From contig CAVXJS010000013.1 in assembly GCA_963762145.1 (NCBI GenBank), positions 1 through 64,000 of the forward strand: a stretch of 64,000 nucleotides of DNA. Reading direction: 5' to 3'. Positions 1 to 14,790 of the stretch are shown here, one piece after another (the stretch's first letter is position 1; every line of letters begins with the position of its first letter). Made by a program: the position numbers and the translations under genes. The notes beneath the pieces are model-generated. The model was not told the DNA's origin. It did not search any database and saw only the letters and a list, made by a program, of their open reading frames with translations. Source of the DNA: an uncultured Candidatus Rokubacteria bacterium. Its GTDB lineage: Bacteria; Methylomirabilota; Methylomirabilia; Rokubacteriales; CSP1-6.

Positions 1-47
1 CACAGACAATGTGGAAACCGCTGCCTCTTCGACCGTTGCGTATTGCT
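1..47. other. Probable Oxford Nanopore adapter remnant (artefact)
   Basis: ctgcctcttcgaccgttgcgtattgct (21-47) resembles the ONT ligation adapter CCTGTACTTCGTTCAGTTACGTATTGCT; lower GC than flanks; lies at the sequence start. Confidence 0.6.
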
Positions 48-1985
48 CAACGGCTGACTGACGACGTAGATCTCGACGCCGGCTCTCGCGCGGCTCGGCT
101 ACGCGGCCTTCCGGCCCGGCCAGCGCGAGGCGATCGAGACCCTGCTCGCGCGGGGCCGGCTGCTGCTGGTGGCGCCCACCGGCGGCGGCAAGAGCCTGAC
201 GCTATCAGCTCCCGGCCACCCTGCTGCCCGGCACCACGCTGGTCATCTCGCCGCTGGTCGCCCTGATGAACGATCAGGTGCAGGCCCTCGACGCGCGCGG
301 GGTGCCCGCGACCTTCCTGGCCTCGACGCTCGACGCGGCCGAGATGCGGCGGCGCATGGCGCGGCTGGCCGCCGGCGCCTTCCGGCTCGTCTACGTCGCG
401 CCCGAGCGGCTCGTGTTCCCCGGCTTCCGCGGCCATGCTCCAGGCGACTCGGCATGCCGCTCGTGGCGGTGGACGAGGCCCACTGCATCAGCGAGTGGGG
501 CCACGACTTCCGCCCGGAGTACCTCGGAGATCGGCGCGCTGCTCGCCGACTTCCCGCCGCGCGCGTGCTCGCGTGCACGGCCACCGCGACGCCCATCGTC
601 CGCGACGAGATCCTGGCGCGCCTCGGCCTGCCCGCCGAGACGCCCCAGATCGTGCGCGGCTTCGCCCGACCGAATCTCGCGCCTCCGCGCGGTCGAGGTG
701 GACGGCGCGACGGCGAGCGCGAGCGCCTGGTGGACGCGGCGCTCGCTCGAGGCGCTGGGTGGCCCGGGCCGCGGCGGCGGCACCGCGATCGTCTACGCGC
801 CGACGCGCAAGAAGGCGGAGGAGGAGGCCGACCGGCTCGCCGGGCACGGCTGGGGCGCCGCGGCCTATCACGCCGGGCTCGACGGGCGCACGCGGGAGCT
901 CGCCCAGCGCGCGATTCGCCGAGGGGCGCGTCGAGGTCGTGGTCGCCACCAACGCCTTCGGCATGGGCATCGACCGCCCCGACGTGCGCGCGGTGGTCCA
1001 CCTGGGTCCGCCCGGCTCCATCGAGGCCTACTACCAGGAGGTGGGCCGCGCCGGCCGCGACGGCGCGCCCGCCCTCGGGCTCCTGCTCGTCGCGCCGAGC
1101 GACATGCCGCTGCGCCGGCGCCTGCTCGAGCGGGGCTCCGACGGCGCCGCGCCGGATCCCGCGGTGGTCGAGCACAAGTGGGGGCTGTTCCTCGAGCTGA
1201 TGCGCTGGGTCGAGGGCGGAAGCTGCCGTCACGACGCGATCCTTCGATACTTCGGCGACGAGGCGGAGACGCTCGACGGGTGCGGGCGCTGCGACGTCTG
1301 CCGGGCGCTCGAGGCCGCCCCGGAAGAAGAGGACGTCGAGCGCGACCACCCTGATCGTGCGGAAGGCGCTGTCGGGCGTCGCCCGCGTCCACGACCGCTT
1401 CGGGCTGCAGACCGCGGTGAAGCTCGTTCGGGGCGAGCCGGACGAGCGCCTCGAGCGAGCCGGGCTCGACCCGGGTGCCGACCTACGGCAACCTCAAGGA
1501 GCATCCGGAGGCGTGGATCCTGGCCCTGCTCCGCCGCTGCGTCTCCGCGGGGTGGGTCAGCTTCTCGGGGCGCGAGCGTCCGGTCGTGGTCCTGACCGAG
1601 GAGGGGCGGGCGGTCATGAAGGGGGAGCGGCCGGTGCGGCTGCTTCTCCCCGCGACCGGCCGCCGGGCGGAACCCGCGCCCGCGGGGCGGTCGTCGGAGC
1701 CGGGGCGCCGCCGCCCCGCGCGCGAGGCCGCGGAGCTGGACGAGGCGGCCCAGGCCCTCTTCGAGGCGCTCCGGCGCCACCGACTCGCGGTGGCGCGGGC
1801 GGAAGGCCTGGCGCCCTTCATCGTGGCCAGCGACCGCACCCTCCGCGACATCGCCATGCTGAAGCCGCGGACGCCGGGCGGAGCTGGAAATGGCGCACGG
1901 GGTGGGACCGCACAAGGCGGAGCGCTACGGGCCCGGGCTCCTGCGCGTGGTGGCGGAAGAGACCGCGAGAGGAGACCGCAGGTGA
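48..1985 (+). CDS. recQ: RecQ-family ATP-dependent DNA helicase; multiple apparent frameshifts (likely sequencing errors); start uncertain
   Basis: Motifs spread over three frames: [57 protein letters not shown], Zn-binding CRH...CGRCDVC, HRDC-like [10 protein letters not shown]...SDRTLRDIA; TGA at 1983-1985. Confidence 0.9.
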
Positions 1986-3073
1986 GCGCCCCGGCCGTGC
2001 CGCCCGCCGCGGTCGGCCTCGCGGGCATCGCCAAGAAGTTCGGCCAGTTCGTGGCCCTGCGCGGCATCACCCTGTCCATCGCGCCGGGCGAGTTCGTCTG
2101 CTTCCTGGGGCCGAGCGGCTGCGGCAAGACCACGCTGCTGCGGATCATCGCGGGGCTCGAGCGGCAGAACGCGGGCGTCGTGATGATGGGCGGGCGCGAT
2201 GTCTCGAGGCTGCCGCCCAGCCAGCGCAACTACGGCATCGTCTTCCAGTCCTACGCGCTCTTCCCGAATCTCACGGTGGCGCGCAACGTGGGCTACGGGC
2301 TCGAGACGCGGCGGGTGGCGAAGGCCCGGATCGAGGCGCGCATCGACGAGCTGCTGGCCCTGGTGGGGCTCGCGGCCCACAAGCAGAAGTACCCCGCCCA
2401 GCTCTCGGGCGGCGAGCAGCAGCGCATCGCGCTGGCGCGGGCTCTGGCGCCGTCGCCCGCGCTCCTGCTGCTGGACGAGCCGCTCTCGGCGCTCGACGCG
2501 CGCGTGCGGCAGTCCCTCCGCCACGAGATCCGCGCGCTGCAGCGGCGGCTCGGCGTCACCACGATCATGGTGACCCACGATCAGGAGGAGGCGCTGGCCA
2601 TGGCCGACCGCATCGTGGTGATGAACCACGGGGTGGTGGAGCAGGTGGGCGCGCCGGTCGAGGTCTACATGCGCCCCCGCTCGCCGTTCGTGGCGCGCTT
2701 CGTGGGCCAGATGAACTTCCTGGACGCGATCGCGGGCGAGCGGGCCGGGTGGGTCCGCCTGGGTGGAGCGGAGGTGCGCCACGGATCCGCCGAGCCGATC
2801 GCCGCGGGCACCCGGCTCACCCTGGCGATCCGCCCCGAGGAGATCACGGTCGGCGCGGGCCTGGGCGCGGAGAACCGGCTGGTCACGCGCATCCGCGCCA
2901 TCCAGTTCCTGGGCTCCTTCACCCGCCTGAGCCTGGCCCTGCCCGATGGCGCGCCCGCCCTGGAGTGTGACGTGGCGGCCACCGCGTTCGCGGGCCTGGG
3001 CGCGGCGGAGGGCTCCGAGCTGGCGCTCTCGCTCCGGCCCGAGGCCCTCCGCGTCTTCCCGGCCGCGGGCTAG
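1982..3073 (+). CDS. ABC transporter ATP-binding subunit (PhnT2-like 2-aminoethylphosphonate / Fe3+ / polyamine class) with C-terminal TOBE domain
   Basis: GPSGCGKTT, LSGGEQQR, LLLDEP, VTHDQEEA; GTG overlaps the recQ stop (GTGA). Confidence 0.9.
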   Translation: MSAPAVPPAAVGLAGIAKKFGQFVALRGITLSIAPGEFVCFLGPSGCGKTTLLRIIAGLERQNAGVVMMGGRDVSRLPPSQRNYGIVFQSYALFPNLTVARNVGYGLETRRVAKARIEARIDELLALVGLAAHKQKYPAQLSGGEQQRIALARALAPSPALLLLDEPLSALDARVRQSLRHEIRALQRRLGVTTIMVTHDQEEALAMADRIVVMNHGVVEQVGAPVEVYMRPRSPFVARFVGQMNFLDAIAGERAGWVRLGGAEVRHGSAEPIAAGTRLTLAIRPEEITVGAGLGAENRLVTRIRAIQFLGSFTRLSLALPDGAPALECDVAATAFAGLGAAEGSELALSLRPEALRVFPAAG

Positions 3074-3078
3074 CGTCG

Positions 3079-4806
3079 ATGGCGCGCGCGGCGGTGATCC
3101 CGGACCGCGTGGTCCGCCACCGGCTGGTCGGCGAGGACGTGATCCGCTACGCGCTGGTGGCCGCGTTCGCGGTCGTCCTCTACCTCTTCGTGCTCTACCC
3201 GCTGCTGCACGTGATCTGGCGGAGCCTGCTGGATCCCGCCGGCGGCTTCGTGGGGCTGGCCAACTACCGGCGCTATTTCGGCACTCCCGCCATCGCGGCC
3301 TCGATCTGGAACAGCCTCGCGGTCGCGCTGGTGTCCATGGCCATCACGGTGACGCTGGCCTTCGGCTACGCCTACGCGCTCACGCGGACCCTCACGCCGT
3401 GGCGCGGCCTCTTTCGCATCGTGGCGATGCTGCCCCTCTTCGCGCCCTCCCTGGTGCAGGCGCTCGCCTTCATCTACGTGTTCGGCAACAACGGGATCTT
3501 CACCCGCGTCACCGGCTACAACGTGGGGATCTACGGCGCCAAGGGCATCGTGGCCGCGGAGGTGTTCTACTGCTTCCCGCACGCGCTCCTGATCCTGGTC
3601 GCCGCCCTCTCCGCCACCGACGCGCGCCTCTACGACGCGGCGCGGACGCTCGGGGCCTCCCCCCTCAAGACCTTCCTGACCGTGACCCTGCCCGGCGTGA
3701 AGTTCGGGCTGGTGAGCGCCTGCTTCGTGGTCTTCACGCTCGTGATCACCGACTTCGGCGCGCCCAAGGCCATCGGGGGCAAGTTCTCGGTGATGGCCAC
3801 CGAGATCTACAACCAGGTCTCGGGCCAGCAGAACTTCACCATGGGCGCGACCGTCTCGGTGGTCCTGCTGATCCCGGCGGTGATCGCCTTCCTGGTGGAC
3901 CGCATGGTGCAGCGCCGCCAGTACGCGCTCGTGACGTCGTCGTCGCGGCCCCTCGCGCCGGCCCGCCGCCCGCTCGCCGATTGGGCGGGCTTCGGGTACT
4001 GCGCGCTCATCGCGAGCGCCATCGCGGGCATGTACCTGGCGATCGCGGTGTACTCGCTGGTGGCGCGCTGGCCCTACAACTTCGCGCCGACCCTTCGCCA
4101 CTACCGCTTCGACACGGTGGGCGGCTACGCGCCGCTCTGGAACAGCGTCTACGTGGCCGGGCTGACCGCGCTGGTCGGGACCGTGCTCACCTTCGTGGGC
4201 GCCTACGTGGTCGAGAAGTGCCGCACCCGGGGAAACAGCCTCCTTTACTTGCTATCGGTCCTGCCGGTGTCCATCCCGGGCATGGTGCTGGGCCTGGCCT
4301 ACATCTTCACGTTCAACAAGGCGGACAGCCCGCTCAACGTCCTCTACGGCACGCTCGCGATCCTGATCATCTCGAACGTCATCCACTACTTCACGGTGGG
4401 CTTCCTCACCGCCACCACCGCGCTCCGGCAGATGGACGCGGAGTTCGAGAACGTCTCGGCCTCGCTGGGCGTGCCCTTCTACCGGACGTTCTGGCGCGTC
4501 ACGGTGCCGATGGCGCTGCCGTCGATCGTGGGGATCAGCATGTACTTCTTCCTCAACGCGATGGTGACGCTCTCGGCGGTGGTCTTCCTGGTGGCTCCCG
4601 GCACCGAGCTGGCCGCGGTGGCGGTGCTCCTGATGGACGACGCGGGCGACGCCGCCCAGGCCGCCGCGATGTCGGTGTGCATCATCGTGATCGGGCTGGC
4701 GGTGCGCGTGGCCTACTGGGCCCTGATGCGGGGCGTGAGCCGGCGCACCCAGGCCTGGCGCGAGCCCCGGGAAAGCACTACGCTAGCCCCCGAGCCCCAG
4801 CCATGA
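3079..4806 (+). CDS. Fused two-domain ABC permease, putative 2-aminoethylphosphonate transporter (PhnU2-like)
   Basis: Two permease halves with EAA-type loops (LYDAARTLGA, FENVSASLGV); ITDFGAPKAIGG...QQNFTMGA. Confidence 0.8.
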   Translation: MARAAVIPDRVVRHRLVGEDVIRYALVAAFAVVLYLFVLYPLLHVIWRSLLDPAGGFVGLANYRRYFGTPAIAASIWNSLAVALVSMAITVTLAFGYAYALTRTLTPWRGLFRIVAMLPLFAPSLVQALAFIYVFGNNGIFTRVTGYNVGIYGAKGIVAAEVFYCFPHALLILVAALSATDARLYDAARTLGASPLKTFLTVTLPGVKFGLVSACFVVFTLVITDFGAPKAIGGKFSVMATEIYNQVSGQQNFTMGATVSVVLLIPAVIAFLVDRMVQRRQYALVTSSSRPLAPARRPLADWAGFGYCALIASAIAGMYLAIAVYSLVARWPYNFAPTLRHYRFDTVGGYAPLWNSVYVAGLTALVGTVLTFVGAYVVEKCRTRGNSLLYLLSVLPVSIPGMVLGLAYIFTFNKADSPLNVLYGTLAILIISNVIHYFTVGFLTATTALRQMDAEFENVSASLGVPFYRTFWRVTVPMALPSIVGISMYFFLNAMVTLSAVVFLVAPGTELAAVAVLLMDDAGDAAQAAAMSVCIIVIGLAVRVAYWALMRGVSRRTQAWREPRESTTLAPEPQP

Positions 4807-5114
4807 CCACGACCCTGGTGGACATCACCCGCTACCGCGGGCGCTTCTTCGAGGTGCTGCAGGAGACCGAGCGCACCCAGACCGCGGTCATGACCATCGC
4901 CCCCGGCCAGGACGGCGGTCCCGAGGAAACCCACGCGGGCGACCAGGTCGTCTTCGTGGTCGAGGGGGAGGCGATCGTGACGATCGAGGGGACCGCACAC
5001 GAGGCCCGCGCGGGCGCCTGCGTCCTGATCCCGGCGGGCGCGCTCCACCACGTGCGGAACCCGGGCCCGCGGCCGCTCTTCTTCCTCACGGTCTACGCGC
5101 CCCCGGCTTACTAG
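4803..5114 (+). CDS. Cupin domain protein
   Basis: ETHAGDQVVFVVEG and IPAGALHHVRN cupin motifs; ATGA overlap with the permease. Confidence 0.85.
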   Translation: MTTTLVDITRYRGRFFEVLQETERTQTAVMTIAPGQDGGPEETHAGDQVVFVVEGEAIVTIEGTAHEARAGACVLIPAGALHHVRNPGPRPLFFLTVYAPPAY

Positions 5115-5116
5115 CG

Positions 5117-5854
5117 ATGACGGTCGCCGGCAAGACCGCGCTCGTCACCGGCGCCGCCCGCGGCATCGGGCTCGCCATCGCCACCCGCCTGGCCGCCGAC
5201 GGCGCGCGGGTGGCCCTGCTGGACCAGGACGCCGACGCGGTGGAGACGGCGGCGCGCGGCATCGGCCGCGGGGCGCTCGCGCTGGCCGGGGACGTGACCC
5301 GGGCCAAGGACGTCGACGGCGCGGTCGCCCGGGTGGAGAGCGCCTGGGGCCGGCTCGACGTGCTGGTCAACAACGCGGGGATCACCGGCCGCTCGTTTCC
5401 GATCTGGGAGCTCTCCGACGAGGACTGGCAGCGCGTCATCGACGTGGACCTCACCAGCGTGTTCCTCTGCTGCCGGGCCGCGGTGAAGGTGATGCTGCGG
5501 CAGGGCGCGGGCCGCATCGTCAACATCGCGTCGATCGCGGGGAAGGAGGGCAATCCGACGCTGGTGCCGTACTCCACCGCGAAGGCCGGCGTCATCGGCC
5601 TGACCAAGGCGCTCGCCAAGGAGGTCGCGACGCGCGGGATCGTCGTGAACGCGGTCGCGCCCGCGGTGATCGGGACCGAGCTGCTCAAGCAGATGGAGCA
5701 GAGCACGGTGGACCTGCTGGTCTCCAAGATCCCGATGGGGCGCGTGGGAAGGCCGGAGGAGGTGGCCGCGCTCGTGGCGTGGCTCGCGTCCGACGAGTGC
5801 TCCTTCAGCACCGGCGCGGTCTACGATCTGTCGGGCGGCCGCGCGACGTACTAA
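5117..5854 (+). CDS. Short-chain dehydrogenase/reductase (FabG-like)
   Basis: TGAARGIG, VNNAG, YSTAK catalytic motif. Confidence 0.92.
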   Translation: MTVAGKTALVTGAARGIGLAIATRLAADGARVALLDQDADAVETAARGIGRGALALAGDVTRAKDVDGAVARVESAWGRLDVLVNNAGITGRSFPIWELSDEDWQRVIDVDLTSVFLCCRAAVKVMLRQGAGRIVNIASIAGKEGNPTLVPYSTAKAGVIGLTKALAKEVATRGIVVNAVAPAVIGTELLKQMEQSTVDLLVSKIPMGRVGRPEEVAALVAWLASDECSFSTGAVYDLSGGRATY

Positions 5855-5865
5855 AGGAGATGGGC

Positions 5866-6816
5866 ATGAGCCGAGTCGCGGTCGGGCTGGTCATCGTGAT
5901 GCTGAGCGTGGCGGTGCCGGGGCACGCGCAGACGCGGGACGTGGGCGCGATGATCACCGAGATCAAGCCGGGCCGCGGGCGGATCGAGGTGAGCGGGCCG
6001 GGGGCGACGGAGTGGCGGCCCGCGGGCCCGCTGCTGGCGCTCAAGGTGGGCGACAGCCTGCGGGCGACGGACAACGCCTCCGCGGTGGTGGTGCTGGCCG
6101 GCCGGCGCGGCAGCGTGCAGGTGGACGCGGCCCGCTCGCCGTTCGTGGTGACGGCGCCGCCGGCCGAGAGCAAGGCGCAGAAGGCGTTTCTCTTGCTCGA
6201 GAGCGGGCTGGGCTTTCTCGGCAGCAACTCGCGCGAGACGCCGCGGCCGGTGCTCTCCACGCGGAGCGTGGGCCGACCGCCGCTGATCCTGAGCCCGCGC
6301 GCGGGGCCGGTCATGTCGGACGCGCTCGCGTTCGAGTGGCAGGGATACACCTTCGCGCGCTACGCGCTGCGCGTGGTGGGGCCCTCCGGGATGGTGCTCG
6401 AGCGCTCCGGGCTGACGGGCGGACGCTTCGTCTATCCGGCCGAGGCGCCTGCCCTCGTGCCGGGGACCCCCTACACGCTGCAGCTCTTCTCGGGTCCGGG
6501 CCGGGTCGACGAGGTCCACTTCGAGGTGGCGGACCGGGCGCGCGTGGACGAGCTGCGTCGCGATCTCCGCGAGGTCGAGCAGACGCTGGGGCCGGACGTG
6601 CCGGCCAGCTCGCGGGCGGTCCTGAAGGCCGGGGTGCTCGCGAGCCGCGGGTTTGTCCACGACGCGCGCCGCGTGGTGGTGGCCGCGCTCGCGACCGACG
6701 CGGACCAGCCGAGCCTGCACGCGCTCCTCGGCGACCTCTACGCGCGCACCGGGCTGCCGCGCGAGGCCGACGAAGCTTACGAGCAGGCACGCGACCTCGC
6801 GTCGCCCCGTCAGTAG
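5866..6816 (+). CDS. Exported protein: FecR-like N-terminus, DUF928-like middle, C-terminal TPR
   Basis: Signal peptide ending GHA-Q; LKVGDSLRAT FecR-like strand pattern; LILSPR...AFEW; LHALLGDLYARTG..EA TPR; AAGGAG RBS. Confidence 0.6.
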   Translation: MSRVAVGLVIVMLSVAVPGHAQTRDVGAMITEIKPGRGRIEVSGPGATEWRPAGPLLALKVGDSLRATDNASAVVVLAGRRGSVQVDAARSPFVVTAPPAESKAQKAFLLLESGLGFLGSNSRETPRPVLSTRSVGRPPLILSPRAGPVMSDALAFEWQGYTFARYALRVVGPSGMVLERSGLTGGRFVYPAEAPALVPGTPYTLQLFSGPGRVDEVHFEVADRARVDELRRDLREVEQTLGPDVPASSRAVLKAGVLASRGFVHDARRVVVAALATDADQPSLHALLGDLYARTGLPREADEAYEQARDLASPRQ

Positions 6817-6817
6817 A

Positions 6818-7375
6818 TCAGGGGCGGAGGCCGCGGCGCAGGGCGGCGGCGAGGAGGGCGACCTTGGAGACGGATTCGGTGATGCGGTCGTCCAGCGCCA
6901 TCGCGACCGCTTCGGGGAAGCGGACCACGCGCCGCTCGAAGAACTCGTCGTCGTCGGACGCGAGCGGATCGGCCACCAGATCCTCGCCGATGTAGCAGTA
7001 GGCGGTCTCGTCGAGGTACGCGGCGGAGGGGAAGAAGCGGGTGAGGAAGGTCAGCCGGCCCGCCCGGTAGCCGCCCTCCTCCCGCAATTCGCGCTGCGCG
7101 GCCGCGTCCGGCGTTTCCCCGGGCTGGCCGCCGCCCCCGGGCAGCTCCCAGGAATCCTCGCGGAGGAGATGCCGGAACTGCCGGATCAGCAGGACGTGGT
7201 CGGCGTCCACGAAGGGCACGACGCCGACGGTGGGCCCGACGTGCAGGATCGGGTAGGTCTTCTCCGCGCCCGTGGGGAGGCGCCAGACGTCCTCGCGCAG
7301 GGTGAGCTTGCCGAGTCGCTCGCGCGTCGTCGAGCGGAGGAAGTGCCAGGCGCGGGTGGTGTCGTCGGGGGTCAC
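6818..7375 (-). CDS. NUDIX hydrolase (ADP-ribose pyrophosphatase-like)
   Basis: Nudix box ELPGGGGQPGETPDAAAQRELREEGG; LIRQFR. Confidence 0.9.
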   Translation of the reverse strand: MTPDDTTRAWHFLRSTTRERLGKLTLREDVWRLPTGAEKTYPILHVGPTVGVVPFVDADHVLLIRQFRHLLREDSWELPGGGGQPGETPDAAAQRELREEGGYRAGRLTFLTRFFPSAAYLDETAYCYIGEDLVADPLASDDDEFFERRVVRFPEAVAMALDDRITESVSKVALLAAALRRGLRP

Positions 7376-7413
7376 CGAAAGCTCCGTCGCGCCAGTGTGC
7401 TATCGTAAGTGCC

Positions 7414-7650
7414 ATGACGCAAGAGCGTCCCGCCGATCGGCTGATGGAGAAGCTGCTCCGCGCCATCGAGGTCTCGCTCAAGGCCACCGAGGCCTCGCGC
7501 GAGGCGGTGCAGGAGATCCTGCGTCGCGGGGCGGAGACCGGCATCTTCTTCTCGGGCGCCCGCGCCGCCGAGGCCGCCGAGGGCTTCGATCTGACCGAGC
7601 AGGACCGCGATTTCCTCCGCTCGCTCTCCATCCGCCCCGATCCCCGCTGA
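7414..7650 (+). CDS. Hypothetical protein
   Basis: 78 aa with GC3-biased codons; TGcTATCGT extended -10-like motif just upstream (possibly leaderless). Confidence 0.65.
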   Translation: MTQERPADRLMEKLLRAIEVSLKATEASREAVQEILRRGAETGIFFSGARAAEAAEGFDLTEQDRDFLRSLSIRPDPR

Positions 7651-7658
7651 AGGGCGCC

Positions 7659-7904
7659 ATGCGCGCGCTGATACTCCTGGCCCTGATCGCGGTGATCGTT
7701 CTGGTGGTCACCCGGCTGCCCGCGGTGTGGCGGGCGCGCCGGCCCTTGTCCGAGCGCGCCCCCGACGAGCTCGTGAAGGACCCGATGTGCCAGACCTACG
7801 TCGTGATGTCGCGGGCGATCCGGTCCGAGGCGGGCGGGGTGCCGCTCTTCTTCTGCAGCCGCGAGTGCGCGGCGCGGTTCCAGCGGGGAGAGCGGCGGGC
7901 GTGA
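7659..7904 (+). CDS. Membrane-anchored YHS/TRASH domain protein
   Basis: N-terminal TM helix; LVKDPMCQTYV...FFCSREC. Confidence 0.8.
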   Translation: MRALILLALIAVIVLVVTRLPAVWRARRPLSERAPDELVKDPMCQTYVVMSRAIRSEAGGVPLFFCSRECAARFQRGERRA

Positions 7905-8719
7905 CGCCCGCGACGTACGATCTCCTCGTCTGCGATCTCGACGGAACCCTGCTCGACGACTCTTTCGCCCTCGATCCCGCGCTGGTGGCGGCCTTTCACG
8001 TTGCGTCCGAGCGCGGGCTCGCGATCTCGCTGGCCACCGGGCGGATGCCCGCGTCGGCCGACCCCTACCGCGACCAGCTCGGCGTCACCGCGCCGGTCAT
8101 CTACTACAACGGCGCGGTGCTGCGCGGCGCCGAGGGCGGTCCCGACCTCGTCTCGCTCACGCTGCCCCGCGGCGCGCTTCGCCGGGCCTGGACGGTCTTC
8201 TCGCAGGCCCCGGTGCATCCGGTCTTCTACCGGGACGACCGCCTCTACTGCATCGCCCACACCCTGGCGGTGCGGCGGTACTGCGAGGAGGAAGGGCTCC
8301 GGGTGGACGTGGTGGACGATCCCGCCGAGTTCCTGACCCTGGGCGGCTTCGTCAAGAGCCTGCTGATCGGTCATCCGAAGGATCTCGACATCGTGCGCGG
8401 CGATCTGACGCCGATCGTGGCCGAGCACGGCCGCCTCGTGCGCACGCGCGGCGACTACCTCGAGATCATCCCGGTGGGGGCTTCGAAGGGCGCCGCCCTG
8501 GCCCGGCTGAGCGCGCACCTGGGCGTGCCGCTCGAGCGAGTGGTCGCGGTCGGCGATCAGGAGAACGACGTGGAGATGCTGCGCGAGGCGGGCCTGGGAG
8601 TGGCCATGCCGCACGCCCCCGAGCTCGTGCGCCGCGCGGCGGACCGCGTCGCGCCGACCGCCGCCGAGGGTGGGCTGCTGCGGCTCTTCCGCGAGCTCTT
8701 TCCCGGCCGCTTCGACTGA
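7901..8719 (+). CDS. Cof-type HAD hydrolase
   Basis: CDLDGTLL, LATGR, SKG, VGDQENDVEML. Confidence 0.92.
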   Translation: MTPATYDLLVCDLDGTLLDDSFALDPALVAAFHVASERGLAISLATGRMPASADPYRDQLGVTAPVIYYNGAVLRGAEGGPDLVSLTLPRGALRRAWTVFSQAPVHPVFYRDDRLYCIAHTLAVRRYCEEEGLRVDVVDDPAEFLTLGGFVKSLLIGHPKDLDIVRGDLTPIVAEHGRLVRTRGDYLEIIPVGASKGAALARLSAHLGVPLERVVAVGDQENDVEMLREAGLGVAMPHAPELVRRAADRVAPTAAEGGLLRLFRELFPGRFD

Positions 8720-8721
8720 CC

Positions 8722-9546
8722 GTGCCCCCGCATCCCGATCCCTGGCGGGCCGTCGACCGCCAGCCCCGGCCCGAGCGCTTCGCGCGGATGATGGAGACTC
8801 GCGGGCGCAGTCCGTCCCAGGTCCGTCTGCGCCGGCGCTTCCTGCGCTTCTGCCGCATCGCGGCCGGCTGGCGCGTGGTCGAGGTCGGCTCGGGGAGCGG
8901 GGTGGTCGCGCGCGACGTGGCCGCGCTCGTCGGCCCGCGCGGCCGCGTGACCGGCGTCGACCGGAGCCGGGTCTTGCTGGCGGCGGCGCGGCGTCGCGCC
9001 CGCGAGGAGGGGCTCGATCGCCGCCTGGACTTCCGCCTGGGCGACGCGACGGCGCTGCCGCTGCGCGCCGGCCGCTTCGACTGCGCCCTCGCGGTGACCG
9101 TGCTGCTGCACGTGGCGCGGCCAGACGCGATGCTGCGCGAGCTGGTGCGGGTCACGCGGCCGGGGGGCGTGGTGGCGCTCCAGGACCAGGACTTCGGCAC
9201 CCAGGTCCTCGATCATCCGGACCGGGAGCTGACTCGCCGGATCTTCGAGGGCGTCACCGCGCGTCTGTATCCGGACCCGTTCTCCGGCCGGACCCTGGTG
9301 CGGCGCCTGGTGGAGCTTGGGCTCGAGCGCGTGCGACTGCTCGCCGACGTCTACCAGACGCGGCGGCTCGATCCGTTCACCCACAGCCTCCTCGAGCGCC
9401 GCGCCGCCGGGGCGGTCGAGTTCGGGCTGGTCGGCGCGCGGCGCGCGGCGCGCTGGCTCGCCGAGGTCGAGCGGGCGGACGCGGCGGGGCACTTCTCCTT
9501 CACGTTCAATTATTACGGCGCGGCGGGTACCAGGCCGCGGGCCTAG
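8722..9546 (+). CDS. Class I SAM-dependent methyltransferase (UbiE-like)
   Basis: VVEVGSGSG, GDATALP, RVTRPGG. Confidence 0.88.
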   Translation: MPPHPDPWRAVDRQPRPERFARMMETRGRSPSQVRLRRRFLRFCRIAAGWRVVEVGSGSGVVARDVAALVGPRGRVTGVDRSRVLLAAARRRAREEGLDRRLDFRLGDATALPLRAGRFDCALAVTVLLHVARPDAMLRELVRVTRPGGVVALQDQDFGTQVLDHPDRELTRRIFEGVTARLYPDPFSGRTLVRRLVELGLERVRLLADVYQTRRLDPFTHSLLERRAAGAVEFGLVGARRAARWLAEVERADAAGHFSFTFNYYGAAGTRPRA

Positions 9547-9568
9547 TCCGCGTATACTGGACGTGAGC

Positions 9569-13614
<4,046 letters not shown>

Positions 13615-13618
<4 letters not shown>

Positions 13619-14790
13619 TCGCGGCCCGCATCCTGGTGGTGGACGACGAGGCCGACATCAACATGATCCTGAGCGTGACGCTCCGGCGCGCGGGCTACGA
13701 GGTCGTCAGCGCCGCCGACGGGCTCGAGGCGCTCGAGGTCATACGCCTCCACGCTCCGGACCTGATCCTCCTCGACGTGATGATGCCGCGCGCGGACGGG
13801 CTCGAGACGCTGGGCCGCATCCGGGGACACGAGCCGACCGCGCACACCCCGGTGATCATGCTGACCGCCAAGAGCGCGCTCGCGGACAAGATGAAGGGCT
13901 TCGAGCACGGCGCCGACGACTACGTGGCCAAGCCCTTCGAGCCGGCCGAGATCCTGGCCCGGGTGCAGGCGCTCCTGAAGCGCACCGCCCAGTCGCGGGT
14001 GGTGCGCCCGCTCCTCAGTGTCCTGGGTGACTGGTTCACCGCGGAGCACATGGCCCAGTTCGGCCGCGATCTGGAGGCGGCGCGCGACATTCAGCGGCGT
14101 TTGCTGCCGCCGGTCCCGGCGCGGGTGGCCGGGCTCGATGCCGGAGCGGTGCTGCGCTCGTCCACCATCGTGGGGGGCGACTTCTACGACATCTTCCCGA
14201 TGGGCGAGCGGCTCGGGGTGGTGGTCGGTGACGTCTCGGGGAAGGGCATCCCGGCCGCGTTGCTGATGGTGATGGTGCGGACGCTCTTGCGAGAGATCGC
14301 GCGGGATCTGCCCGAGCCCGCGGAGGTGCTGGCCCGGCTGAACGCGTCATTGTGCCTGGACATGCCCCCGTCCATGTTCGTGACGCTGGTGCTCGCCGCG
14401 CTCGATCCGAGCCAGCCGGGCCGCGTGGTGCTGGCGGGCGGCGGCCACCCAGATCCGGTGATCATGCGCGCCGACCGCCCCGCCGCGGTGGCGTCGCTCG
14501 GCCCGGCGGGCGGCACCGTGCTGGGCGTGTTCCCCGAGTCCGCGTTCGAGCAGATCGAGCTGACCCTGACCGTCCCCGGGGACACGATCGTCCTGCTGAC
14601 CGACGGCATCGTGGAGGCGCAGAGCGAGGACGGCCAGCGGCCCGGAATCCCCGCGCTCCTGCCTCTCTTCGAGCGCGAACGCGCGCGGAGCGCGCAGTCG
14701 CTGGCCGATCGCCTGACCGAGGACGTGCTCGAGCGCGCCGGCTCGCGCCTGCAGGACGACATGACCGTCTTCGTGCTAAAACGCTCGTGA
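13615..14790 (+). CDS. Response regulator with PP2C/SpoIIE phosphatase output (RsbU/RsbP-like)
   Basis: ILLDVMMP REC domain; VGGDFYD, GDVSGKGIPAAL, TDGIVEA, DDMT PP2C motifs. Confidence 0.92.

Noticed and set aside
48-1985. recQ as a pseudogene or programmed frameshift
   Set aside because: Many single-base indels with all motifs intact, next to a probable adapter remnant at the contig end; best explained by low-coverage long-read errors.
1475-3073. HRDC-ABC ATPase fusion protein shown in the ORF track
   Set aside because: Artefact of an indel near 1875; recQ ends at 1985 and the ATPase starts at GTG 1982.
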